64,000 bases of DNA from the NCBI RefSeq assembly GCF_009914755.1, contig NC_060934.1. The stretch is one strand, 5' to 3'. The notes beneath the pieces are model-generated. The model had not been told where the DNA came from. It did not search any database and saw only the letters and a program-made list of their open reading frames with translations. The position numbers and the translations under genes were made by a program. Position 1 is the first letter of the stretch. Every line of letters starts with the position of its first letter. Below are positions 12,498 through 26,081 of the stretch, piece by piece. The stretch is from the human T2T-CHM13v2.0 reference genome, Homo sapiens.

Positions 12498-14919
12498 TTG
12501 CATTCAGCATCCCCTATCAATCTATGTGCTATGCTCCCCTGTGACAAATCTCCTGTGGACAGTGATAACAGTCAAAGTAAATTTTCAGTTCCTGGACTCA
12601 ATTACATTTCTTTGGTGCCTCTGAGAAATTCTGTTGAAATATTTATCTTCACTATTTATTTCCCAAATTCCCAAGCCAACTCTCTCCACAGGGGTCCCCA
12701 GAAAATTTTACTAATGAAATTAAACAGAGGATTGTCCAGGAAACATGCTGGCTGTATTTCACATGTTGCTGGATTGATGAACTGGATCTTCTAGAGCTAC
12801 TAGCAGCATCCAGCTTCTGGGAATGGCTAAGTTGGCACATACTGTTGTCAATTTGAACAGCAAACTCAAGGACCCAGCTTCCTCTATCTGCTAACAGAGC
12901 CTTCAGTTCTTTCCATTACCTGTCACTTATCAGTTCCAGTCATGGCTGTAAGAAGATTTAGGCTTCCTTGAGGTAAAACAGAGCTCCTCCCCAAGGTTGG
13001 CTGCAGAGGGAGAATCATACCCCTGTGCCCAAACCCAAACCTTTGCCTTGGGGTTTCTGTGTGACTGTCCCTACTTCTTATCCTTGGCAGGACTGCATGT
13101 CCTGAACAACTCAGCATTAATGAAGAAAGATGCCCCTTTCCTAGTAGCAAAACCAAGGCAAGCCCATGCCATTTAGACAAGCCTTTGCAGGAGTTGGGGG
13201 TAACATAAGAGAAATAGAGTGGCATGAAGTTGAGTGATGTGGCTCAACTTCAGGGTGGTTGTCTCAGAGCTTTCCAGCCAGAATCCCACACTTAGTGATC
13301 AAACCACCCATGTCCAGAAAGCAGAGTAAGATGTGAGAGGTCCCCTATCTGCTTGCCTTAGTAGAAAGAGGAAGTTTCTATTTCGTTTCTGATAAACTCT
13401 TTCTCCTAATTATTGATGTCAGGAATGCCCACCCGCCCTACCCACTTTAGGGGAAATCTCATGTAACCACCTGGCCTTGCAGGCCTCCCCATAATAACCA
13501 TATTAGAACTTAATACAATAGGCTCAGTGTTCATTGCCTCAACACAGGCATCCACAGGCCCAGGGCCATATCACACAGGACAGAACAGTAACAGGTGTGG
13601 CCTGGTAGAAACAATGTCTACATAACCAAACCAGCCAGTCTCACACTTTATCAGCTAGAGAGGACAAAGGCGGTCATGTTTATACTGTATGCCATAAACA
13701 CTAGATTCCCTGACAATGGCACACTCCCCCCAGTCCTCCTGCACAGCGAGAGTTCTAGCATTGCCCTGGGACTCCTCTCCACAGCTGTTCCCAGGAATTT
13801 CAAAAGGGAGCACACCCTTGACTTGGTGTCAGGCCAGGGTGTTCTCACAGCTTGTCTGGGGTGAGTACTGGAGACTTAGGCTTGCCCCTGGAGGTCAGAC
13901 TCAGAAACTGGCTTACAGATGGTAGCATGGGAAATTCCTCCCTCCCTGGCAGCTGTAGTGATATAAATTGCTGCACAACTCTGCTTCTGATAAAAATACG
14001 ACAAGGACACTGTTGTGCCTTCTCCCTAAGGACCCCTGGGCTTCCCCATATTCCCACTGTGCAGGGGGGCCTCAGTCAATGCTATCTGACCCTTGGGTGT
14101 AGGGACACCTTGGATTCATCATTAAGGGGGTATCTCAAAGACAATCTTCCGGAGCCCTGAAAGAATATTGCTCCTTTTTTTTTTTTTTTAACCAAAAGAC
14201 ATACATTTTTTTTCCCTCTGGGTTCACACATGCTGCTAAATGTGTTGTGTCAAGATGGGATCTAATGTGAGCTGATAAGAAGATGCCACCCCCAGTGACC
14301 ATGAATGGGTTCTCATGTGTAAGGTGATTTCCTTTTAAGGAAACTCTTTTCCTTTCTGGCAACCTAAACTTGGGTAGGGCATCCTGGTTTGCCACCCATA
14401 TTTTTATAGTTTCAAGTCTCAGTGGATGGGGAGAAGGGCTCATTTTTGTAGTTCCTTTCCTCCCAGGAGACCCTCTGTCCCTTTCTAAATTCATGGAAGT
14501 ACATCAATGTTGGGGAAAGAATCATGATCTAATTCCACTGGCCTCCAAGTGTGTCCAGAACGTTTAGTTTTGAATCAGAGACCCTTGACCAGGCTGGAGC
14601 CTCAGTCTCTCCAATGACAAAGGAGAAGGGGATCCCTAGACTCTTAATTTAGGTTTGATTCTGTGAGAATCAAAGGTTAGGGATTAGAGAAAAGACTAGA
14701 AGATAATTCCTCAAGTGTCCCATTGTAATGGTAGAGCTGTCTGGGAGCACAGCAGTCAGCAGCCTCATTGAATGCAGAGGCTAAAGAAGAAAAACGGCAG
14801 CTGTTGCCTCCCCATGAATAAATAAGGAAGCCTACTGGGGAGGAGTGAGTGGGGAGCTGTCCTCTTGCATCTCTGGGGCATGTCCTGATGCCAGCCCATC
14901 CTTGTTCTCTGTTTACTCG

Positions 14920-15343
14920 TGTCAAAAAACAACATATCAACGAATTGAGTTTCAAAGATCTAATTGGTTTTTCTTAGTGATTCATGAATTAGGCAGCATT
15001 CCATCTACAAAATAGGTGCTCCAATTAGCTTGAGAAGAGGGATGGGCTTTATAGGCAGGAAAGGCTGAAGAAAGCAGAAATAGATTACAAAAAATGAATT
15101 TGGTGTTTCAAAGCTGCTTTCCTTATGGGGTTAAAGCTGAGGGTACTTCCTTATTATGCTGGCTCAGGTTGACTGGGTTCCTTTTGATTGGTTGCTGTGA
15201 GTTTTTCAGAATCTCCATTTCTAGGTTTGATTTGATTATGTGGCACCTAGCATGAGGGACTCCATTCTGGTTTGGTTTGGCCTGTTGGGCTTAGAGCAGG
15301 TGCCCAGTCTAAAACAATGGGCTCCCATAAATTTTATGTACCA
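14920..15343 (-). mobile_element. ERV1-class solo LTR (MER31/MER67-like)
   Basis: TG...CA ends; minus strand begins tggtacataaaatttatgggagcccattgttttagactgggcacctgc...ccaaaccagaatggagtccctcatgctaggtgccacataatcaaa. Confidence 0.7.
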
Positions 15344-15893
15344 TGTATAAAGTCTGACATGGTCTGATTATACTTGCCTCTTTTTCTGTGCGTGTCTAAT
15401 CAAATTCTACATTTGTTTTAGAGACAGAACCAAAGTGGGGGTAACTGAGATTGTGTGCCTACTTTTGTGGATGAACATCCCTGACAAGGTGGTGCTATCT
15501 GTGAAAGGTTGGTGTGGCCACTTTGCACATCCTTGCGAGGTACATCTTGGGGCAAGGTGGGGCTGGGGCTTCACCTCCTCTGGCTTCTGCCCACTGGGAG
15601 AGTTTTCTGTTCAGTCGCCACCTAGGAATGACTTCACATGATTGTCTTGATTATAGTGCTTAGATAGGCTTGGATGGCAAATTGAAGGCTTGAGTAACAA
15701 AGGTGTTTCCCTAACCTTGGAGGACAGTCCAGCCTTCTTTCCTCTCAGGGTACAGTTACACATTCACACATTTTGTAAATCCCACTCTGCCCAGCTTGTC
15801 TGTGTCTGTTTTAATTTGCTGCAGGGCTTAATCTCAGTCCTTTTAAATCTCTCTGGGCAACTGTGAATTCTAAGAACAAATCCTAATAAATAA

Positions 15894-16129
15894 TAGGAGT
15901 TGAGAATCTCTTATCTGAAATGCTTGGGACCAGAAATGTTTTGAATTTTGGGTATTTTGGATTTTGGAATACTTGCATGAGACTTACCAGTTCAGCATGC
16001 CAAGTCTAAAAATCTGAAATCTGACATGCTCCAATGAACATTTCTTTGAGTGTCATGTTGGTGCTTCAAAAGTTTATAATTTTACAGCATTTCAGACTTT
16101 GGAGTCTGTTATTTGGGATGCTCAACCTG
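15894..16129. mobile_element. Tigger4a/MER46-type TcMar-Tigger MITE
   Basis: gttgagaatctcttatctgaaatgcttgggaccagaa...tgggatgctcaacctg followed by TA; about 235 bp with terminal inverted repeats. Confidence 0.85.
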
Positions 16130-16813
16130 TATAGGGAATGAGGAGGAACAAGGACAAAATCCTTGATAAAAGCATTTGATAGTCATCAGAACTTAGAGCA
16201 TTCGGGAACTACAAAAGAGATCTCTCTCATATTTTTAGTTAGCCAGGGGGTATACTTGAAGACTTCAAAATCCTTTCAAAAATAAACCTCCCCTACATCC
16301 TCATTTAGGCAAGATTGAGAACATAATGGATTTAGGAATTTCAAAAGCAGCAACAGGTCCTCACAGGGGATTTACAGACAGTCAGTTTTAAAAACATATG
16401 TCTTTGAAACATTTTTTCATGGGCATTTGAATTCCAGCTGGTGGACTGCATATGGGGTCAAAATAAGCATTCTAGCTTAAAAACAACAAAAAGGAAACTG
16501 GACTGAAGTTTGCCTCGAGCTAAAGAGAAGGTCTTGTTCTTGTGGCAGCAGCAGCTGCAAACACACACCAGAGCAGAAGTCGGGATGACCAGGGACTTTC
16601 TCAGAGAAAAATGCCGGCTTTGACTAAAGAGAAAATATATTTACATCTTTATGCATTTTTCTGTCTTCCCTCCTTCCCTCACCAGCCTGCTCTCCCACTT
16701 CCAGGCTTGGCGAGAACATAGCAGGTGATGCGTCAGAGAGAACAGCCACTGTGGCACACTGTGTGTAGAGGAAAAGCAACTTTTCAAACCCTCCCTCCAT
16801 GGAAAGTGGGGTG

Positions 16814-17195
16814 TGCTATAAGCTGAGTCCTTTTCCCCCAAATTCCTATGTTGAAGCCCTAGCCCCCAGTATAGCATCAGAAGGTTACTATATTTGAAGC
16901 TAGGGCCCGGTGGTTATGTTAAAATGAGGCATTAGGGTGGGCCCAAATCCAATATGACTGGTGTCCTAATAAGAAAAGGAGATGAGGACACAGACACATG
17001 CAAAGGGATGGCAATGTGAGGGCACAGGGAGAAAACAGCCATTTGCGAGCCAAGGAGAGAAGCCTCAGGAGAAACCAACCCTACCAGCACCTTGATCTTG
17101 GACTTCCAGCCTCCAGGACTTTGAGAAAATACACTTCTGTCATTTAAGCTGCCTAGTCTGAGGCATTTGCAGCAGCAGCCCCAGTTGACTAATGT
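16814..17195 (+). mobile_element. MaLR solo LTR (MLT1B/MLT1A-like)
   Basis: cccccaaattcctatgttgaagccctagccccc...aatccaatatgactggtgtcc...caccttgatcttggacttccagcctccaggact...gactaat. Confidence 0.9.
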
Positions 17196-17585
17196 GGGTC
17201 CCTCTCTGCTCAACCCTGGAGCCACAAGAAAACCTTGACCCACGAATGCCACAGAGGGCTCTCTCATCAGCACTTTCCTCAGGAAGTTCTCTGCTGACAG
17301 TGGATGTCTGGGTAGAGCAAGGAACAAGCTGCCTTTCCAGAGACAGAGGTCTTAGGAATGCTGTTTGGGGGACTGGCCAAAGTCTTTAGCCTGGGAACAG
17401 ATGGAGGTTGATTAACATTTGGCATGTGGGTCCCTCAAGGGGAAAACCTTTCATGTGAACAAGAGATGGCTCTTGGAAGAGAGAAGTGTGAGCCTTGAAT
17501 TCCTCTTTCAGACATGCCTGTCACTAAATCCCACACCCATCTGGCTTCAGGTTCTCAACATATAAATTCTAGATTACTTCTAGGC

Positions 17586-17754
17586 CAGTGCTTCTCCGAC
17601 TTCACTGTGATGCGAATCATGGAATCACATGGGGATTTTTTTTTTTATTACAGATGCTGATCCAGAAAGTCTGAGTGGGGTCCATGAACTTGCATTTCCA
17701 ATTAGCCCCCAGTGTCTACTGGTGCTGCTGGGGGGCCACCCTTGGAGAGCAAGG
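17586..17754. mobile_element. MER5-like hAT MITE
   Basis: cagtgcttctc...gaatcacatgggga...cagatgctgatccagaaagtctgagtggggtcc...tgcatttc...ccacccttggagagcaagg. Confidence 0.7.
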
Positions 17755-17914
17755 CAGAGTCTCCACGCATATTCTGACCTGTATCAAGGTCCAGTGCAGC
17801 AGTGGCCCCCACCCACCCTTGCTCCATGGCACTCACAATTCCTGGTATGCTCTGGGCACTGGGCATCAGGGACAGATGTATAGGACAGCAAGACACAAGG
17901 GCGAGAGAGAAAAG

Positions 17915-18050
17915 GGTATGTACAGAGCCAGATGGGTTGGAGCCGGACCCTGAAGGGCACAGAGCTAACTCTGCAACCTTAGACGAGGGTCCTAACTACT
18001 TAGAGACTTAGTTTTGCTTCCTGTAAAATAGGCACTCTATGTTTCATAAG
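17915..18050 (-). mobile_element. MIR fragment
   Basis: gagccagatgggttggag...ctctgcaaccttagac...cttagttttgcttcctgtaaaatagg. Confidence 0.55.
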
Positions 18051-18099
18051 GTAGAAATAAAAAAATTTTGACACTTAGTTTACCTCAGAGAAAAAAGAA

Positions 18100-20400
18100 A
18101 ACAGTGAGCTTTCCAAGGGTCGAATGAGGAGGCTGACAGACAGGGAGATCTTTGGGGCAGAGGCTGGGATCTCGCCCCTCTGTAGAATGAGGATGGGGTA
18201 TTGGACCATAGTAAGGGGAAGTCGGAACTGAAGTCGGTGCATAAAGTCTAGAGCTTCATAAAGCTGTCCCTTACTATAAATAGAAACTCAAAAACTCAAG
18301 AATACTATAAGAAAATTTACTGTCTGGGGGAGAGGGGATAGAAAGTCATCCTTGAAAAATTGAAACGCCAGGTTGCACACACACAGATGTGCAATCCAAA
18401 TTTGTACGATCAGTCTGGTGTGGGAATTCCAAGTGGAGAAATTAAAATAACTGTTCAAGACCATTAAAGTCCTGTATTTTTAGCAGAAGAAAATGTGAAA
18501 TTATTGCTGTAGGGAAACTTCACAGCCCAGAGGTCATGGGACTCCCACTGAAAAAACAACTTCATTGAAGATGAGCTGACAATCAGAATTAAAAACCCAC
18601 CACAAAGAAAATGATCCACCATGAGGGAGAGTCAACAAATGCAATAAACAGAATCAGCACCTTCAAAACTGCAGAGTGCATTAATCTGAAAAGAACAATG
18701 AAATAAAAAGATTTCGAAGTATGAAAGACATAAGAGAATAAATGAAAACCATACTCAAAGCATTAATCAGTGTAGAAAGTGATTTGAAAGAAGGCCACAA
18801 AAGTTCTTTAGGTGAAAAGTATAGTCATTGAAAAATAAAAGCTCAGTGGCAGAGCAAAACACAGATGAAGCACTGCTGAGGGACTGGTGAACAGGAAGAT
18901 GGTTCCGAGGATGCAAAAGAGAATGCAGCACAGAAAGAAAGAGACGCAGCAGCTGAGAGACATGGAGAGGACGGAGGTTGGGTCCTTGAAACAGGAATTC
19001 CAGGAGAGAACAAAGAAAAAGGAAGACCAGCAATATTTAAAGAGATAAAGGCTGAGGATCTTCAGATTTAAAGAAAATACGCATTTTTATTTTAGGGAAG
19101 CACGGGAGTTCTGGAGAAGAATGAATAAAAATAGAACTACACCAGATGTATTAAAACCAGAGAACATTGGAGAAAGAGACACTCTTTCTTACAAAGACAA
19201 TTATATTGACAGATTTTTCCCCACAACAGTTAATGCCAAAATAAAGGAATAATCTCATTTTCAAAAAAACAAGGACTAAAGTTTCTCCCATATAAGCCCA
19301 CTAAGATGTAACTACTAAAAGATGGGTTGTAGTTAGATAGAAATTTAACCTGAGGTAGGAGTCAGTTGCCAGGAACAAATGGTGACCAAAAAAAGGGCAA
19401 ATATGTTAGGAAATATAAAACAGCAGTGTCTGGGGGTCAAAAGAAAATTTGGGGAAGGTTTAAAAATAGGTACAACTAAGGTACTAACAAGCAATAGCAT
19501 GGTAGGTAGAAGGGTAGGAATCAGAACTGATATATTTCAGTATCTTTGTGTTGTTCAGCATGAAAGTAAAAGAATGATTAATTTTATATTTGTTTATTTA
19601 AGTATATAAATTGGAAATTTGAGGGTAACTAAAAAAATGAAAATAGAGTACAAACTTCAAAATCATTAGAGGAAAAAATGAATTAAGGGAACCTAACCAG
19701 TTTTATACAAGATAGAAAAAAGAAACAAAGAAATAATGAACAAAAAACATGGTACAGAGAAAACACCAAATAATATGGTAAAAATAAATGCAAATATGGG
19801 TAATTGCAATGTAAACACTAAATTTGAATTATAAATTAAAGGATTTTTACATTTGATTATAACAAATAAATGATACAAAACAAAACCCGGCCCTAAACAT
19901 CCATCTAAAATAAAATGGCAAAGAAAAATTAAATTAAAAGTAAAGAAATGGAAAGGTGGACCATGGAATTACTAACCAACAGAAAGTGATTGCACCAATG
20001 TTAACATTAGATAAAACTAGTATTTAAGGGAAAGCATTTTAGAGATTAAGCAATTTATTACTTACTAATAAAATATGTATTTTCAGTAGGATTTTCAGCC
20101 TAAATGTAACTAAAAACATAGTCTCCGAATCTATAAGCCAAAACTTTTAGAATTACAATTAGAAATAATTAAGTTATGGTCACAGTGGGGAAAGCTAATG
20201 AATCAGCCAGAAGCGTAGTAGTAAGGATGGATAAGATCAGAAAAATGTATTAATGAGTCGGTCTAATAGATATTATATGAATTCTGTACCCAACAAATAA
20301 CATGTTTTTTAAAAATATTATGAACATATTTTTGTTTTTCTTTTTTGAAAATCTAGTTTTAAAAGCCATCACATATAAATGTCATTAATTCCAGTAAAAG
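18100..20400 (+). mobile_element. Very old L1 (L1ME/L1M5-type), ORF1, inter-ORF and endonuclease region
   Basis: Long A-rich tract with remnants such as aatatttaaagagataaaggctgagga, aatgtaaacactaaatt, aacattagataaaactagtatttaagg, gaattctgtacccaacaaataa. Confidence 0.7.
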
Positions 20401-20524
20401 TAGTGATGGTGCAGCCTGACCTAAAAGTAAAGCCTCTCCACTTAGCCGGGGGAGGAGGCAAAGCACAGTGTGTATGTGAGGGGGTGTTGGAATGAGACAA
20501 GCATGTGAGTTACGACGAGAGTTA

Positions 20525-20772
20525 CATAGCCCAAGTCAGCAATGTCTGGGTTTAAATCCTAGCCTCACTGTTGATTAGCTCTGTGACTTTGGGAAAATTA
20601 ACTTAGACTCTTTGAGCCTTAGTTTCCTCACCTGTGTAATGGGTCTAATAGCAGCATCTACATCTTAGGGCTGTTGTGGGAATCAAATAAGATAGTGTAT
20701 TTTAAGTGCCCAACACCATGTCTATCTCCTCATAAGTGTGCAATAAATTAGCTGTTTTCATATTCATTATTA
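20525..20772 (-). mobile_element. MIR, near full length
   Basis: ctgggtttaaatcctagcctcact...ctctgtgactttgggaaaattaactt...gagccttagtttcctcacctgtgtaatggg...aataaattagctgtt. Confidence 0.85.
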
Positions 20773-23700
20773 TTTTAATATCCTCCCTCCTATGTCGAAT
20801 TATTTGAATATATTACTATATACTAAGGTAACTTACTTTTATTCTATCATCCGTCTTCTTTCAAGAATCTGGACTCTGAGTTAAACATTCGTGTTCTGAA
20901 CATCATTTTGTGTTAAGATGCCTTTGCAACATGTTTTATTACAAAATTAGGGTGCTATTACTGACACATGAGAAGTGAGGAGGCCCAGAAAAAAAGATTA
21001 AGCTATTTTGAAGGAACTACATTAGTAAAACAATGAAGCAAAATATTTCAAAAATACATAATAAGGACTCCACGTATTATTGAGCAGATGTTGAAATTTG
21101 CAGAGGCAAATAGTAACCATGCGGCATTTTTCATCCCAATGCAGTGAGGAACTCAGAGTCTGGGGACATCCTAATCTTGCTTGAAGTAACACAACCCTAC
21201 AAACACAACACTACGGTATGGTTAGAACTGAAGAAAGAATTCTTTGAAAAGTGTCTTTCTATTTTGACACAGAAGTTTTCATGTAAAACCCTGACTTTGC
21301 CCTCCAGGATGATGCAAAATCATTAGATAAAAACTTCAAGATTTCTCCAGAAATGTTGCCTTTCAGGAGCCAGAGTGACCTGTTGCTTTTGCTCAGATGC
21401 TGGTGTGAGCTCAGTCTGGACGACGTCCTTCTGCAGCAGGACAGGGCGAGATGCATTTTCATGGAGCCTCCAGTTTCACCAGAATGAAGCTGTGAGGTTT
21501 TTTCTAGAACTGAAAACTGAGTAGGGGGTTTGAAGCAGAAGGAAAGGGACCAGGTCATGCCCCTGGGTAGCTGGGCCCAAAGATCTGTTATGTGTGTAAA
21601 CAAGGTTCCATTCAGGGCAATCCTGCCTTTGAGTGCCTGGGACGGTTAGAGCAAGGGGATGTCCCTAGGACCTTGGACAGTCTAGAGACAGAGAGGCCAC
21701 AGGGAACAGGAAAAAGAGGGCATGGCATGGGGTGAGGGTGGGGTGTGCAGTGTGTTATCAGGAAAATGAATGGATGACTACTTTGGCATGAGTAGGTGGT
21801 GGGATGTCCTAAAATGCCAGGTTCACACAGCGGCCTCCACGCATGGCGAGCCGCGGACAGGTGTTACCAGGCAGGAGGCCAGGCACTTGGCACTGCAAGG
21901 CTCAGCCTGAAGAGGAGTGACAGTGAGGGCTTGAACCAAGGGAGTGGCGGGGGGCATTCTGTGGTTTTCTGCTTGTCAAATCCAGGTACACAGAATAAAC
22001 ACAATCACATGCATGTGATTGAGGCGCCCATGCAAAGACATGGTTCTGCTGTGTTACAGTGTAATTTCCAGCCTCTATTATGGGGTTTAGTGTCTCCAAA
22101 GATGGGGTGCATGTATCCAGGGGTGCTCAGGATAACCTATAGGTCTGTATTGCTTTCAAGTAAGGAAATCCATTTGGTTATGATAAGATTTCATTTGTGG
22201 AGTGGCCCTGGTTGCCTGCTTTGGGACCCTGTGTCTGAGATGGTGTCTCACAAACACTGGAGCAGGAGTCCCCAGCATGGGGTGATGGCTGCATCTTCAT
22301 TCATTCCCTTGCTTCCAGTACATCAGTATTTAGAGATTTCTTTGCACTGGTTATGGATTTGCAGACTCTATGATCTGCACTGGGGGTCCTGGGTGGGCTG
22401 GGGCTCAGGACCACAGCAGGAATGGCTGTGCTGATATGCACCCAGTGCCCACTGACAACCAGCCCTGCTTTAGGCAACAGTCTTTGGCCTATGGTGGCTC
22501 CAATCTGCAAACACAGCTCAGTTCAGAAATCATTCGATTGGGGATATTATTCAAAAACTTCACTCTTCTCTAGAAGTCTAGATTTCTGAGCCTTCCCAAG
22601 CTGGGGCTTGCTTCAGGGAAAGGATGTGGTCAGTTCTGCCCCCTGCCCCGGTCCCCATCTCCCCCACCCACTAAGTGCTGTTTCAGAGGAGGGAGGGGGA
22701 AGAATGAGGGAGGAGAAGACTGGGATGGGGCAGCTCCTGCCTTGCCAGGGGCTTTGTTGTCTCTGGATCTGGAATGAGATAAAAGTAGATTCTTTATCTT
22801 GTTGGTATCATTGAGAGTTCTTAAGGGAGTCCTAGCTGGAGATGTGTTTTTTCTTCACCAAGGCAAATGCACCTTTATTCCAGATGGTTTCCTGGGACTC
22901 CTTCCTTAGCATGTAGGACTCAGGAGCTTCTTGCTGTTGGGTTCCTCTCTCCCTTCAAGCAGTCCTTTAGACAGAACCCAACTACTGCTGCTCTGTCTTT
23001 TTGGTGACCCCATCCATTCCTCAGGAAGCATGATGCCACCTGGCCCCTGAAGTCCTTGGGACTGGGCTTACTCTGCCCAAGTCTCATCTGTCCTACATAC
23101 AGGTCACTGTAGGCGTCTCAGGTGTGAGTCAGGGAGGCCGCCCAAAAGCCTCCCTACTTTGAGGAAGCAATTCAAGGCTCCGCATGAGGAACCAGCACCA
23201 TCTGCCCCTCGTCAGGTGGGACTGCAGCTCTCTGAAAAGATGTGAGGTCAGCATGCCCTTCCCCTCCCTGCTCTCTAAACCCTTTGATTTTTGGTCTGGA
23301 TTAGGGGCTCAGAATGAAGCTACTTCTTGGAAATTTCCTTTGTAAATTCTGGTGGTGGTGTTCCAGTTTCCAATTTCATAGCCATAAGGGCTTCAAAACT
23401 TCAGTAATGACACTTTGTGGCATGTAAATGGGGAAAACAGTTGCCCATATTTTTTTTTCTTTTATTTGGCTGATTGGAGTCAAACAGAAAGGATGGGAGA
23501 CCACTGCTCTAGACTTTTACTGCTTACCTTAGTTATCCATTCTAACAGATTTCTGGCCCTTCTCTACTAAGGTTCCTTGCTTCAGAAACTGCAATAGAAA
23601 AGCATAGCGCAAGTTTTGAGACAATCCATCATTTGGCTGCCTGGCTTCCAAAAGAAAGTTCCAAATGATTCTCCTTCCAGACTCAGACATTCCAGGCCCT

Positions 23701-26081
23701 ATCAGAGCTTAAACGTGCTTTTTCTGTTTGGTCAGTCTGAGTTAAATTACTCTGTGCATTTTTGAGTTTCAAGAACAGGAAAAAAACTTTTTCAACCTGA
23801 AAAATAAATGGAAGCCATTCATTTTGGCAGCAGATAACTCCAAAAAATGTGACCTCTCAGAGTTCACACTGCCCAAGTGAATTGTTTCCTGGGAGGAACA
23901 GAATCTGCATGAGTTCAATCAAGTAATGTCAAGGAGAAAATGTTAAATGATGGAAGAAGAAAAAATATTTATAAGACAAGGAAATTTTGGAGCCAATTAT
24001 TCTCCTTGATTTCCCGCCTCACTCTATGTCCGGGCTTCAACATTAGGCAGAATGTTTTATATCACTTTAGTAACCAAGTTAGTTTGGCTGAATGCATACA
24101 ATGATTTGATTTAGAACAAGTGATCCTCTGGTGGCTAGGAAAATAAGTCTCTATAGAATTGGGATAATTTGATAGCTGCTGGGTAGGACAGATTTGTGTG
24201 GAACCTTGTGTAAACAAATCTGAATGGTACTTTTCCCCTTGGTGGATTCCTTTGGTAATCAACCTACAAGGTTCTGGAAATGGACCATTATACAAATTCG
24301 TAAAATACAACTGGATCTTTTCACCTTGGGATGTTTATAATTCTTTCCCTTGGAAATAAGATCTTTAAATATAAATCTCCATGGTAACGCTCTATGAGGA
24401 GTAACACCATAAATATCTCGCTAGGGAGAAGAAAATACAAAATGTTGGGCTACTCCGAGAAGTAGTAACTCAGTTTTGTGGCTAAGATATTTCAGATCCT
24501 CTCAAAGACTATATTTTACAGATCTTTTATTATAGTATTGCTAAGGACATAACTGTTTTTATTTCTCCTTCCTGGCTCTGTGGTAGGTGTAGGAGATGTG
24601 TGACCAGGAACAAAGGCTATTTTCTTGCCTTATATAGCTCAGGCACCTTGTTTGCTTGAGGAGACTGACAAGTCCATTGATAGCTACAGCACAGAGGGTA
24701 CATGCCACAATGGTATGGGCAGGAGATGCTGTAGGGGTGGAGTGGGGTGTTATTAGCCAAAATTGTAAAGGCATCTTGAAACTCACAAAACACTTTACCA
24801 TTCTGCACATATTTAGTGAGCGGCTGCTATAGGCTGGTTACTATACATTCATCACTTTCATTTTCAAATGCTTCTCCCAGTATTATAAAGTAGACCTCCA
24901 CAAAGATTGGCATATCAGAAATGGCTTGCACATAGTCCTTGTCTTTACTGGCATCCTGCATGAGAAAATCTTATTGCCCAGAGACTCAAAGAAAATGATT
25001 GGATGTCAAAGGAGAGACTTCTAGGAGACACCAAGGAAAACATTGGAAAAAAAAAAAGAAAATGAAAACCTTAAGAAGAACAACTTGAAAAACAAACAAA
25101 ATAAGCCCAAAGTGTAGCACAGAACCCAAGGGCCCAATAAAGTATTTCGCAACTTAAATTAAGTACAAAGCAGGGCATCTTGAGAAATTCCCACATTTCC
25201 AAGGCTGAACCACATCTAGAACTCAGGGAGTGACTTGAATCCCTTAGGAAATAGATGCAGTAAGGGAACTGCATTGCACAAGGGCCAAGTAGAAAGATTG
25301 CATGGCTCCACCACCCAAGGACATCAAGGGCCTTCCTGGGAAGCCAGAAGAAAACTAGAGACCTTATAAAAAAGCAAGAGCAAAACTGGAAACCCAGACT
25401 CTAAAACAAAATATTAAGTGAACACTTCCAGAGAAAGGGATACAAAATAGTTGATGTGGCAAATACAGCAGTATGAATTAGTTGAGCACATGGAATGAAG
25501 AGAAGTGTGGGATGATGTCCTTCCAAACCCCACCAGGCAGTGCTTCCCTCTGGAGAACATTAAAGAGTCTATAGGCCTGCCCTCTAAGTACAGCCCTGCT
25601 TTGGTAACAGGAAGGCCTATGGTGGCTCTAACCTGCAAATTCAGCTCCATTTACAAATTATTTCATTGAATATTTTATTCAAAAGCTTTTATCTTCATTA
25701 GAAGTCAAGACAGGCTCTAGAATAAAATGTTAGGTGTTAAGCAATGGCCTGTGGTTCAGACACTATCAGAAAATGGGATAAAACCTAGAAACCAGAGTGG
25801 AGATCTGGCCAGGTATCTCACTTCACTGATTTGTTGTTGTTATGTTTTTTATTTGTTTAATATTCAAGGGCATTACCTTATGTGCATTCCCGATAAAGTA
25901 TGTATTTTGATATTTGGCTCTGTTAATGTTTTAATGTGTATTTCACAGACTTCTGTCAGCAAAACTTTGATCAGCCATGGATTTCCTTGTCGAAATTCCA
26001 AAAGGGAAAATGACTAACTGTGGTTTGCAAGTCTTTTTTTTTTTTTTGATCAACATTACTCCCTGCACATTTACATAGATA

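Noticed and set aside
21308-21491. Possible coding exon DDAKSLDKNFK...VSPE* after ctgactttgccctccag
   Set aside because: Weak donor, short pyrimidine tract, no recognisable homology.
21796-22434. 212-aa ORF, the longest not assigned to a transposon
   Set aside because: GTG start, no domain or splice support, and it appears to cross a degenerate DNA-transposon fragment.
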